NCBI GenBank assembly: GCA_044344255.1
Contig: JBIJDH010000029.1
Location: forward strand, 13,414 to 77,413
Origin: Myxococcota bacterium
Lineage (GTDB): Bacteria; Myxococcota_A; UBA796; UBA2385
Direction of reading: 5' to 3'
Length of the DNA stretch: 64,000 nt
Part shown: positions 19,351 through 28,035 of the stretch, piece after piece
Numbering within the stretch: the stretch's first letter is position 1
Layout: each line of letters begins with the position of its first letter
The notes under the pieces: generated by a model
Databases searched by the model: none
The model's input: only the letters and a program-made list of their open reading frames with translations
Told to the model about the DNA's origin: nothing
Position numbers and translations under genes: made by a program

Positions 19351-20181
19351 ATGGGCACGAACACCATCACCCCGGGGACGCTGGCCTGGACTGTGCTCCA
19401 GCGCCTCGTGGAAGACCCGGGCGCCCTGACCGGGGCAGACCTCGCCCTCGATCTCGCCGCCGAGCTCGGAGAGGCGCCGCCCCCCTTGCCGCCGCTCCGC
19501 TGCGCCGCCGGCGCGCCGCCGACACGGTGGGCCCGCTACGGGCTGCGGCCGGTCTTCTCCACCTTCGCAGACCTCACCCGTCGCCGCGAGCAGCGAGCCG
19601 CGCACGCGGAGCTCGTCACCCTCCACCGCCGGCGGGCCCGGGCGGCGATGGCCCGCCTCGTCGACGCCCTCGAGGCCGAGGGCCTCGTCGAGCCGCGCCG
19701 CGCCGAGATCTCGCTCTCCCCCTCCTTCGCCGCCCAGGTCGAAGCCCGCGGGCTCCTCCACGCCATCGCCTTCTCTCGGATGAGCGCGCCGCTCTTCGTC
19801 GACCGCCCCGCCGCGGCCAGCGGCTGGGAGGGCGGCCAGGTCTCTCCGGAGGGCGAGGTCACCCTCTCCGATGAGGCCGACGAGGTCGCGATCGACGAGG
19901 AGGCGCCCCCCGAAGACGCGGCGCTCACGCAGGGCGAGGCCGCGCCAGCGCCCGCCGGGCCCGCCGCCGCGCCGGTCCGCCGTCAGACCGCAGACACGCT
20001 CCGCCGCGCCCTCCTCGAGGCCCTCCAGCGGGGCCCCTGCTCCCGCGAGGCGTTGCTCGGTCCGTCGCCCACCCGCGCCGGCCTGCGCGCGCTCGCCGAC
20101 CTCGCTGAACAGGGCATGATCAGCCTGCCCGCCTGTCGTTGGCCCTCCGAGGCGGGCCGCCAGCTCATCCTCGTCGGCTGA
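19351..20181 (+). CDS. Hypothetical protein, possible winged-helix-like segments
   Basis: ATG after GAGGG; segments VLQRLVEDPGALTGADLALDL and LLEALQRGPCSREALL...LADLAEQGMI resemble wHTH elements. Confidence 0.6.
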   Translation: MGTNTITPGTLAWTVLQRLVEDPGALTGADLALDLAAELGEAPPPLPPLRCAAGAPPTRWARYGLRPVFSTFADLTRRREQRAAHAELVTLHRRRARAAMARLVDALEAEGLVEPRRAEISLSPSFAAQVEARGLLHAIAFSRMSAPLFVDRPAAASGWEGGQVSPEGEVTLSDEADEVAIDEEAPPEDAALTQGEAAPAPAGPAAAPVRRQTADTLRRALLEALQRGPCSREALLGPSPTRAGLRALADLAEQGMISLPACRWPSEAGRQLILVG

Positions 20182-20454
20182 GGCCGCGCCCCCGCAGGCG
20201 CGCGCGGCGCCGAGGGCGGTAAACGCGAACGGCGAACGCCTACGACCCGTGCACCGCTCGCCGAACGAGCGCGCACCGGACCCGGATGAGCGCGCATCGC
20301 CGCCGCCGCCCGGGGGACGGCGACCACGTGGACCGATCGGTGGCAGACAGAATCGAAATTACCTTTGTACAACGACAACCTTCCCCCATCGGCGGGCACA
20401 CCCGCCCTCCCTCGCTCGGCCGACCCCGCTCGCCCGCCGGGGGCTCCGCCGGGC

Positions 20455-20470
20455 TGGCACGGGGCTTGCT
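20455..20470 (+). promoter_or_regulatory. Sigma-54 (-24/-12) promoter
   Basis: TGGCACGGGGCTTGCT matches TGGCACG-N4-TTGCW exactly; intergenic, 83 nt upstream of the small ORF; AT-rich tract at 20346-20380 upstream. Confidence 0.85.
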
Positions 20471-20553
20471 TTGGTCTGTGTCACATCGGCGCCGCGACGC
20501 AAGAAGCGACGGAGGCCGATGGACAGACCGCCCGACCCCGAACGGAGCTCACC

Positions 20554-20619
20554 ATGAAGACGCGCACCAACTTGAAGTCCGGTTTCAACCCCCAGCCCGA
20601 CCCCCCAGGTCGCCACTGA
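20554..20619 (+). CDS. 21-aa peptide MKTRTNLKSGFNPQPDPPGRH (candidate precursor/secreted microprotein)
   Basis: GGAG RBS 6 nt before ATG 20554, TGA at 20617-20619, sigma-54 promoter upstream, stem-loop downstream. Confidence 0.7.
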   Translation: MKTRTNLKSGFNPQPDPPGRH

Positions 20620-20652
20620 GCCTTTGAACTCAGCCGATTGACTTGTGACACC

Positions 20653-20698
20653 GAGCAGCCCCCGACACACCGCGATCCGGCGTGTCGGGGGCGCGCTC
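20653..20698 (+). terminator. GC-rich stem-loop after the microprotein gene (terminator or mRNA-stabilising element)
   Basis: GCCCCCGACAC...GTGTCGGGGGC 11-bp perfect inverted repeat with flanking GAGC/GCTC; only a weak U tract follows. Confidence 0.55.
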
Positions 20699-20762
20699 AT
20701 TTGGGGCCGTTTGGGGCGCGCACCCGGCCGGACGCCGCGGTGAGGCCGCGCTACGAAGAGGG

Positions 20763-21566
20763 ATGTCCACCGCGACCGATCGGCCCCAGCCTCCTCCCGC
20801 CGCGGATGGCCCAGAACCCGGCGCCCCCGCCCTCGAGCTCCTCCACCTTACGAAGCGCTTCGGCGAGAAGGTGGCGGTGGACAACCTCAACCTCACCGTC
20901 CCCCAGGGCGCCTTCCTCGGGCTCCTCGGCCGCAACGGCGCGGGCAAGTCCACGACCCTCAAGATGGCGACCGGGCTCATCGACCCCACCGCGGGCTCCG
21001 TGCGGGTGCTGGGCCACGATCTGCGGGGGGCGCCGATCGCCGCGCGCCGCCTCATGGGCGTCGTCCCCGAAGACATGGCCCTGCTCGAGCTGCTCACCGG
21101 CCGGCAGTACCTCCGCTTCGTCGGTCGGATGTATGGCCTCGACGACGGGACGGCTGACCGTCGGGGCGCTGAGCTCTGCGAGACCCTCGACCTCCGGCCC
21201 GGCCCTCGCACCCTGGTGGCCGACTACAGCTTCGGGATGAAGAAGAAGCTCGCCTTCTCCGCCGCGCTCCTCCACGGGCCCCGCATCCTCTTCCTCGACG
21301 AGCCCTTCGAGGGCATCGACGCCGTCACGAACCGCACGATCAAGGACATCCTGCTCGCCCTGCGGGACCGCGGCGTGACGCTCATCCTCACCAGCCACAT
21401 CCTCGAGGTGGTCGAGCGGCTCTGCCCCGACATCGCCATCATCGACGAAGGCCGGCTCCTCGGGCACGGCCCGCTGGGGGCGCTCCTCGACGGCGGGGGC
21501 TCGCTCGAGCGCCGCTTCCTCGAGCTCGTCGGCGGCGCCCCCCGGAGCGCCCCCGCGTGGCTCTGA
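20763..21566 (+). CDS. ABC exporter ATP-binding subunit
   Basis: Walker A GRNGAGKST, signature YSFGMKKKL, Walker B LFLDEPFEGID, H-loop TSH. Confidence 0.95.
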   Translation: MSTATDRPQPPPAADGPEPGAPALELLHLTKRFGEKVAVDNLNLTVPQGAFLGLLGRNGAGKSTTLKMATGLIDPTAGSVRVLGHDLRGAPIAARRLMGVVPEDMALLELLTGRQYLRFVGRMYGLDDGTADRRGAELCETLDLRPGPRTLVADYSFGMKKKLAFSAALLHGPRILFLDEPFEGIDAVTNRTIKDILLALRDRGVTLILTSHILEVVERLCPDIAIIDEGRLLGHGPLGALLDGGGSLERRFLELVGGAPRSAPAWL

Positions 21567-23170
21567 ACGACCCGCCGCCGAGCGCCCTGCGCGCGGTCTG
21601 GCTCACCTTTCGGGCCCTCGCTGCTGCCCACCTCCTCGGGAGCTGGAACCGCCTCGGTCGACAGGCCGGGGTCGAGGGTCGGGCGGCGGTGGTCGCCCTC
21701 TACCTGCTCCTCGTGCTCTCCCTCGTCCTGCCCCTCCTCGCAGGCTTCGGCGCCCTCGGCTACCTGCTCGGTGAGACCCTCTCCGACGGGGGGCCGGGGC
21801 TCCCGCTTGGGGGTGCCCTGCTGACCCTCTTCCCCGTCGTGGCCGGCGGCTTCGGCGGCCTGTCGAGCGGCTCACGCCAGCTCCCCTGGGAGACGCTGCG
21901 GGGCTTCCCCGTCCGCCCGACCGTGCTCTTCGGCGCCGAGCTCTTCGCCGGGGGCGCGGAGGCCGTCACCCTGATCGAGCTCGCCGCCCAGGCCTCCCTG
22001 CTCCTCGGCGTGGCGGTCGCGGTCCCCCGCGCGGCCCCGCTGCTCCTCGTGCTCCTCACTTCGCACACCCTCTTGCTGCTCGCCTTTCAGCAGCTCATCG
22101 GCAGCCTCGCCGAGCGGATGGCCCGGCGTGTCCGCCTGCTGCTGCTCCTGCTCCCGCTCACCGCCGTCTCGATGCCGTGGTTGATCGAGCAGCTCCGCGC
22201 CGCCTGGGGTGACCGCGGGCCCGGCCCGGCCTGGTCGGCCCTCCAGCAGGCATCGAGCCTGCTGCCCGCCTCGCGGCTCCTCGCCGCCGCCGCTGACACC
22301 CTCCAGGGGCGGGCCGATCCGACCGACCTCCTGCTCGCGGCGCTCGCCGTGGCCGGCTCGGCGCTGGGTGCCGTGGCGTTGGCCTACTCCTTCGTCTCTC
22401 GAGAGCGGGCCCTCGACCTCGACCTCGGCGGTGGCCACGAGCGCCTCTGGACCTTCCGAAGCCCGGCCCTCGGGATCGCCCGGCTCCAGTGGCGGGCCCT
22501 CGCGAGCAGCCTCCCCGGCCGCTTCGGCCTGATGGTGCCGCTCTTCACGGTGGTCCTCGTGCGCGGGCCGCTGGCCACCTTCCTGCCGAGCTCCGGCTGG
22601 GCGGTGCCCCTCGCCTTCGCCTACGCGGCGATGGCCGGCGCCAACCTGCTCTTCAACCAGTTCGGACTCGACCGTCATGGCGTGAAGGTGCTGCTGCTCC
22701 TGCCCATCGAGCCCGAGGCCCTCCTCCGCGGCAAGCTGCTCGGCTTCGCCGCCTGGCAGGCCCTCCAGGCGCTGCTCCTCGTCCTGCTGCTCTCCCTCGG
22801 GGGGCGAGGAACGCCGACCTCCCTGCTCACCGGCGTCCTCCTCTACGCCTGCATCTTCCTCGTGCTCGCCCTGGTGGGCCAGCGGGTGAGCCTGTGGCTG
22901 CCCCGCCCGCTGAAGAAGAACGGCCTCCGGGCTGGCCAGCCGCCCTTCCTCCTCATGCTGCTCATCACGCTCTCCACCCTCGGCACGACCGGCGGCCTCT
23001 TCGGCCTCCTCCTCCTCCTCCGCCACTTCGTCGCCGGCTGGGCGCCGCTCGGGCTCGTCGTCGTGACGGGCGCCCTCACGCTCTGCCTCGGGCCCGCCCT
23101 CCGGTGGAACGCCCGGTACCTCGTCGAGAGCCGGGAGCGGCTGGTCGAGACCCTCGGCGCCTCGGGCTGA
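21557..23170 (+). CDS. ABC exporter permease (large, multi-TM)
   Basis: More than 10 hydrophobic segments; FNQFGLDRHGVKVLLLLPI motif; overlaps the ATPase stop. Confidence 0.82.
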   Translation: MALNDPPPSALRAVWLTFRALAAAHLLGSWNRLGRQAGVEGRAAVVALYLLLVLSLVLPLLAGFGALGYLLGETLSDGGPGLPLGGALLTLFPVVAGGFGGLSSGSRQLPWETLRGFPVRPTVLFGAELFAGGAEAVTLIELAAQASLLLGVAVAVPRAAPLLLVLLTSHTLLLLAFQQLIGSLAERMARRVRLLLLLLPLTAVSMPWLIEQLRAAWGDRGPGPAWSALQQASSLLPASRLLAAAADTLQGRADPTDLLLAALAVAGSALGAVALAYSFVSRERALDLDLGGGHERLWTFRSPALGIARLQWRALASSLPGRFGLMVPLFTVVLVRGPLATFLPSSGWAVPLAFAYAAMAGANLLFNQFGLDRHGVKVLLLLPIEPEALLRGKLLGFAAWQALQALLLVLLLSLGGRGTPTSLLTGVLLYACIFLVLALVGQRVSLWLPRPLKKNGLRAGQPPFLLMLLITLSTLGTTGGLFGLLLLLRHFVAGWAPLGLVVVTGALTLCLGPALRWNARYLVESRERLVETLGASG

Positions 23171-23416
23171 GCGCGGGCCCCCGCCTCTCGCCTCCCGGGG
23201 CCCCACCCGGCCAGGCGTGGACCGCCCGCTGCTGTTCTTGACTTGCGTACACTCTCACAACAAACACCTGACACTCTGCATGACAACTGCAAACCATAGC
23301 GTTTTAACTGCATTATTTAAACAACAACAAGAATAAAGGTTGGCATCCTGAGGCCGCTTGACGTCCCTTGACACAGCTTTGCTTTCGGTCCTGACGGCTG
23401 CGTGCATGTTGTCAGC

Positions 23417-24856
23417 ATGCGAACCAAGACCCCCGCCTTCCTCACGCTCTCCCTCTCGCTGTGTGCCAGCGCCCTCGTCGTCGGCTGCGCGTCGAAGCCG
23501 GCGCCGGCCTTCTCGGAGGGCGACGTCGACACCGCGCAGCTCGGAACGTGTCAGGCGGATCCCGATAACTCCACCCGCGCGACCTGCACGGTCAACGTGA
23601 CCTCACCCACCCGGATCGAGGTGGAGATGGACCTCGGGATGGAGCTCGTCACCGAGGCTCGGCAGGTCGAGACTGGACAGACCAGCTTTACGGTGAACGG
23701 ACTGATCGCAGACACTGTTGTTCAGTGGTCCCTGGCCTCGGAAGACAACGAGCAGAGCGGAGAGCTACACACCGCGAAGCAGGGCGACGCTCACCGGGTC
23801 CCGCTCAAGATCACCGACAGCGGGCGGTCCACCGTGAAGCAGGTGCTCCTGCCCGGCATGTGCGGGGAGTCGAGCGAGCTTTACGTGGTGGACGCCAAGG
23901 GCCATGTGCGCTGGTACGGAGACCTTGACCCGGAGGGGCGCGCCTCCCCGAGCTGGGTCACAGCCCTGTCCGTCTCGGACGAGGGCACCTTCGTCGGCAT
24001 GGTGGGCGACTCCCGCATCGCTGAGGTCACCCTCGACGGGGAGCTCGGCCTCGAGCTGGAGCGCGGCCGCGACTTCGACCTCCCGGTCCACCACGACCTG
24101 TCGCTCCAGGGCGGTCGACTCCGCGCGCTGATGGCCGACGAGATCACAGCGCCGGACGGCATCCGCCAGGTGGTGGACGGCGTCTACACCTTCGACGCCG
24201 AGGGCGCGCTCGAGGACGAGTGGCTGATCTCCGACCACCTCACCCTGCCGCTCGAGCTCCCGCCCGACGCCACAGACAACGGCGTCTGGAAGGAGGAGTG
24301 GCCGGGGGCCTATGACGTCACCCACGCCAACTCGCTGGCCGTCGACGCGCAGGGCGACCTGCTCATCTCGGCGCGCCACCTCGACGCCGTGATCCACGTC
24401 AAGGGGCTCGACGACGCGGAGCCCGGCCGGATCGACTGGACGCTCGCCGCCTCGGGCATCATCCCCTCCACCTTCCGGGTGGACAGCGCGGTGCAGGGCA
24501 CCTCGACCTTCGCCTCCCAGCACCACGCGACCTGGATCGACGGCACCCACCTCCGCCTCTTCAACAACGGCGGCCCCTTCGAGACCCCGAGCTCCGTCCC
24601 CTCGACCGCGCTCAGCCTCTCGCTCGATCCTGTCACCGGCGTGGCCACCATTGAGGAGAGCGTGAGCTACAGCAGCTTCTGTGACTTTGGAGGCTCCGCC
24701 TATCCCCTGCCCTCGGGCAACCTCCTGCTCTCCTGCTCGGAGGGCGCCTCGGCGATCGAGGTCGAGCCGAGCGGGGAGGTGGTGTGGCGGATGGTCGCCG
24801 ACTGCGGGGGCTCTCCCGCGGTGCTCGTTCGCGCGATCCCGGTCGACCTGTTCTGA
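23417..24856 (+). CDS. Aryl-sulfate sulfotransferase (ASST) family lipoprotein
   Basis: Lipobox LVVGC; VRWY, VHHD, THANSL, ISARHLD, SQHHA, FNNG motifs. Confidence 0.82.
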   Translation: MRTKTPAFLTLSLSLCASALVVGCASKPAPAFSEGDVDTAQLGTCQADPDNSTRATCTVNVTSPTRIEVEMDLGMELVTEARQVETGQTSFTVNGLIADTVVQWSLASEDNEQSGELHTAKQGDAHRVPLKITDSGRSTVKQVLLPGMCGESSELYVVDAKGHVRWYGDLDPEGRASPSWVTALSVSDEGTFVGMVGDSRIAEVTLDGELGLELERGRDFDLPVHHDLSLQGGRLRALMADEITAPDGIRQVVDGVYTFDAEGALEDEWLISDHLTLPLELPPDATDNGVWKEEWPGAYDVTHANSLAVDAQGDLLISARHLDAVIHVKGLDDAEPGRIDWTLAASGIIPSTFRVDSAVQGTSTFASQHHATWIDGTHLRLFNNGGPFETPSSVPSTALSLSLDPVTGVATIEESVSYSSFCDFGGSAYPLPSGNLLLSCSEGASAIEVEPSGEVVWRMVADCGGSPAVLVRAIPVDLF

Positions 24857-24887
24857 GCCGCCCCGCTCGCTGCGCTAAGCTCTGGCG

Positions 24888-26303
24888 GTGACCCAGCCCC
24901 ACCGCCCGACCGCCCCGCCGCCGACCGCCCTCATCCCGAGCGCCGCGATCGTGCTGCCGGAGCGGGCCGCCGCGCTCACCCGCCGCGCCCTCGACTTCGA
25001 CGACAACACCGCCCCCTGGCAAGAGGGCGCCCCCGAGGTCGAGCCCGGCCCGCCCCTCACCCGAGACATCGACGCCGACGTCGTGATCATCGGCGGCGGC
25101 TTCACGGGCATGAGCGCCGCCTGGCACCTCTCCCAGCGTCACCCCACGCTGCGGATCGTGCTGCTCGAGGCCCGTCGGGTGGCCAACGGGGCGAGCGGCC
25201 GTAACGGCGGGCAGATGCTCAACTGGGTCAACGGGGTCGACACCGCCGACGAGGCCCTCACCCAGCGGGTCTTCGCGCTCACGCGCGGTGGGATCGACGA
25301 CATCGTCAACCTCATCCGCGACCAGGGCCTCCGCGTCCGCCACGCCCGCGACGGCGCCCTCGAGGTGCAGCGCAGCGCCGAGGGGGCCGAGCACGCCCAC
25401 GAGAAGGCCGAGCGCCTCGCCCGCTGGGGCATCCCGCTGCGCTTCATCCAGGGGGCCGAGCTCAGCGCCACCCTCTCCATGACCGGCGCCCGCGGCGCGC
25501 TGCTCGACCCCACCGCCGGGCAGCTCAACGGGGTGGACTACCTCCGCGAGCTCCAACGCCTGCTCGTGGCCCGCGGGGTGCAGATCTGCGAAGACAGCCC
25601 CGTGCTCACGATCGAGGAGGGGGCGACCCACCGGGTGGTCACCGCGGCCGGCGCGGTCCGGGCGCCCACCCTCGTGCTCGGCACCGGGGGTTACACCCAC
25701 CGACTGGGCTATTTTCGAATGGGGGTCTTCCCCCTCCACTCCCACGCCCTGGCTACCGCCCCGCTCACCGCCGCCGAGCGAGAGGAGCTCGGCTGGCGGG
25801 CCACCAGCGCCTTCTGCGACGACCTCGACCGCATCTCCTACGGCTGCCTGACCGTCGATGGTCGCGTCGTCTTCGGGGGCGGCAGCAATGCCGCCTATGA
25901 CTACGGCTACGGCGGCCCCACGGCCTGGCGACACGACCGGACGGCTGCCTTCCAGGCCATTCAAGACCGCCTGTTCCACTACTTTCCGCGCCTCCGCACG
26001 GTCGGCGTCACCCACCGCTGGACGGGCACCCTCTCGATCACGCTCAGCCGGATGTGCAGCATCGGCGTGCGCGGCGCCCACCAGAACGTCTACTTCGGCC
26101 TCGGCTTCAGCGGCCACGGAGTGACGCTCGGAAACCTCGCCGGCCGCATCATCGCCGACCTCTACGATGGCGAGGGCGAGCGGTACGCCGGCCTCCCCTT
26201 CGTCAACAAGGCCCTCGGCGGCATCCCCCCCGACCCCTTCCGCTGGGTGGGCTACCACGCCTACACACGGCTCACCGGCCGCTCGCCGCGCCGCTCGACC
26301 TGA
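24888..26303 (+). CDS. FAD-dependent oxidoreductase (DAO/PuuB-like)
   Basis: DVVIIGGGFTGMSAA, GASGRNGG, GFSGHGV motifs. Confidence 0.9.
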   Translation: MTQPHRPTAPPPTALIPSAAIVLPERAAALTRRALDFDDNTAPWQEGAPEVEPGPPLTRDIDADVVIIGGGFTGMSAAWHLSQRHPTLRIVLLEARRVANGASGRNGGQMLNWVNGVDTADEALTQRVFALTRGGIDDIVNLIRDQGLRVRHARDGALEVQRSAEGAEHAHEKAERLARWGIPLRFIQGAELSATLSMTGARGALLDPTAGQLNGVDYLRELQRLLVARGVQICEDSPVLTIEEGATHRVVTAAGAVRAPTLVLGTGGYTHRLGYFRMGVFPLHSHALATAPLTAAEREELGWRATSAFCDDLDRISYGCLTVDGRVVFGGGSNAAYDYGYGGPTAWRHDRTAAFQAIQDRLFHYFPRLRTVGVTHRWTGTLSITLSRMCSIGVRGAHQNVYFGLGFSGHGVTLGNLAGRIIADLYDGEGERYAGLPFVNKALGGIPPDPFRWVGYHAYTRLTGRSPRRST

Positions 26304-26308
26304 GCCCC

Positions 26309-26623
26309 TCAGCGACGGGCGTCGGTGGGCGGCGGCAGCGCGGCGCTGGCGCGGAGGTAGGCGTCGATGCGCGCCGTGTCTTCGGGGCCGAGGCGCGCCT
26401 TTCGGCCCATCTGCTCGAGCAGCTCCGGCCAGTCTTCGTCGGCGGTCATGGCCGGCTCGGGAGGGCGGTGGCAGCCGGCGCAGCGCTTGAGCACCAGCGC
26501 GCGCCCGGCCGCGAGGGAGTCGAGCGAGGCGTCGGGCCGCTCCCGTTGTGCCAGCGCGACCATGTCGGCGTTCGGCTCGGGGAGGTGGACCGAGAGGCAG
26601 GCGGTGAGGAGCAGCGACAACAT
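26309..26623 (-). CDS. Small monoheme c-type cytochrome lipoprotein
   Basis: Lipobox LLTAC; CAGCH heme motif; WPELLEQM putative axial Met. Confidence 0.8.
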   Translation of the reverse strand: MLSLLLTACLSVHLPEPNADMVALAQRERPDASLDSLAAGRALVLKRCAGCHRPPEPAMTADEDWPELLEQMGRKARLGPEDTARIDAYLRASAALPPPTDARR

Positions 26624-26636
26624 GGTCGGACCCCTA

Positions 26637-27359
26637 TCAGAGATCGATCCCGAAGAGCGAGCGGGCCTGGACCTCCGCGTCGTCTCGCGAGGGGCCGGAG
26701 AGCGCGAAGAGGGTGGAGACGGTCCAGCTCAAGCGCCCGCCCCCGCCGGCGAGGTGCACCGTGGGCCCCGCCCAGAAGAAGGGCCCCTCGAGCGGATCGA
26801 CAAAGACCACCTCGGCCTTGGCCTCGCCGCCGAAGGCGAAGGACGGGGTCGCCCGCCAGACCGCGCCGGCGGTCGGCTCGAGCACGGGCTCCGTGCCGTC
26901 GGGGGAGAGCTCGAGCTCGCCGGTGACGTTGAGGGCCGCGCGGACGGACTTTCCTTCGTGGGCGACGATCAGCTTCGCCTCGACGCCGTGCTCCTCGAAG
27001 GTCGGGCTGCCGATGTACTCGAGGTAGCCGGCCATGTCGACGCCCTTGGTGCCGAGCGGCCAGAAGCGGTAGCGGGCGCGCGCCTTGTAGCCCGAGTAGC
27101 TGAGCGGCCCGTCGTTGACCTGGGTGGTGACGAAGTAGACGCCGCCCTCGAGGGCGTTGGTGATGCCGAACTCGAGCTCGGCCTCGTGCTTCCACTCCGC
27201 GACCAGGGCGTCGCCCTCGTGGTGCGTCTTCAAGGTGCTGATGGGCTCGAGCTCCATCTCGCCCTGGGGGACGGTGTCCGCCCCGTAGGACCAGGCGAGG
27301 AAGCGCTCTCCGGCGGAGGCCGTGGGGAGCACGAGGGCGAGCAGCGGGAGGATCGACAT
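26637..27359 (-). CDS. Outer-membrane beta-barrel protein (DUF6662-like), probably iron-regulated
   Basis: ATG 27359 after GGAG; signal MSILPLLALVLPTASA; FLAWSYGADTVPQGEMELE, ELEFGIT; alternating beta strands; ends FGIDL. Confidence 0.78.
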   Translation of the reverse strand: MSILPLLALVLPTASAGERFLAWSYGADTVPQGEMELEPISTLKTHHEGDALVAEWKHEAELEFGITNALEGGVYFVTTQVNDGPLSYSGYKARARYRFWPLGTKGVDMAGYLEYIGSPTFEEHGVEAKLIVAHEGKSVRAALNVTGELELSPDGTEPVLEPTAGAVWRATPSFAFGGEAKAEVVFVDPLEGPFFWAGPTVHLAGGGGRLSWTVSTLFALSGPSRDDAEVQARSLFGIDL

Positions 27360-27393
27360 GGGGGCTCCGGGGGCGAGGGCCAAGCACCCAATC

Positions 27394-27410
27394 TTGATAA
27401 TGATTTTCAA
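27394..27410. promoter_or_regulatory. Fur box
   Basis: TTGATAATGATTTTCAA is a near-perfect palindrome with one mismatch to the 7-1-7 TGATAAT-N-ATTATCA consensus; about 35 nt upstream of the OMP start. Confidence 0.85.
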
Positions 27411-27451
27411 GTTCAACGTCAAGCGAGACCGACGCCCCAGCCCTCCGGGAG

Positions 27452-27487
27452 GCCCGGTAAGGACCGGTAAGGGCCGGTAAGGGGCCG
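27452..27487. repeat. 10-bp tandem repeat (CCGGTAAGG core) x3
   Basis: cccggtaagg accggtaagg gccggtaagg. Confidence 0.8.
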
Positions 27488-27553
27488 AACGCGCGGCCCC
27501 CGATATGCCCTCTTCGCCTCCCGTTGGGGGCCTCTGGACCACAGGACACCACC

Positions 27554-27946
27554 ATGATCACGCCTTCCCGCTCTCCCGCTCTCCACTCCCCGTCCCGCTC
27601 CCGCCGCCTCATCGCAGGCGCCATGTTTTCCCTCGTCGCGATGGCCAGCGGCTGCGCCAAGGAGGCCGAGGAGTGCCTGGGCGCTGAGGCCGACGGTGGT
27701 GAAGGCGGGTACGAGTCCGTCGGGGTCGACGAGGCCGACGTCGAGGCCGCCGCGGAGTTCGCCGTCGAGGAGATCACCGGGACACCGGGGTCCGAATACG
27801 AGGTGCTCTGTGCGCAGGAGCAGGTCGTCTCAGGCACCAACTACCGCCTCGGCCTCGACATCGACGGCGCGAGCTGGCTCGTCGTGGTCTACGAGGACGG
27901 CGAGACGGGCACCTACGAGCTCACGTCGTCCGAAGAGGTCGAGTAG
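27554..27946 (+). CDS. Cystatin-like protease inhibitor lipoprotein
   Basis: Lipobox-like MASGC; N-terminal GGY; helix VEAAAEFAVEEI; QVVSGTNY (QxVxG); VVVYE strand. Confidence 0.78.
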   Translation: MITPSRSPALHSPSRSRRLIAGAMFSLVAMASGCAKEAEECLGAEADGGEGGYESVGVDEADVEAAAEFAVEEITGTPGSEYEVLCAQEQVVSGTNYRLGLDIDGASWLVVVYEDGETGTYELTSSEEVE

Positions 27947-28035
27947 CCCGGCCGCCTCCGCCAGCGCACCGAGAGGATGCCCACCCTCGGCGGAGGCAGC
28001 AGAGTTAGGCTCGGGAGACGCGGCGAGGCCTCCCC

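Noticed and set aside
20365..20553. 84-aa extension of the small peptide ORF
   Set aside because: Spans the sigma-54 promoter and lacks an RBS; ATG 20554 has a clear RBS.
23340..23385. Second sigma-54 promoter (TGGCAT.../TGACACAGCTTTGCT)
   Set aside because: The GG-N10-GC spacing is not satisfied.
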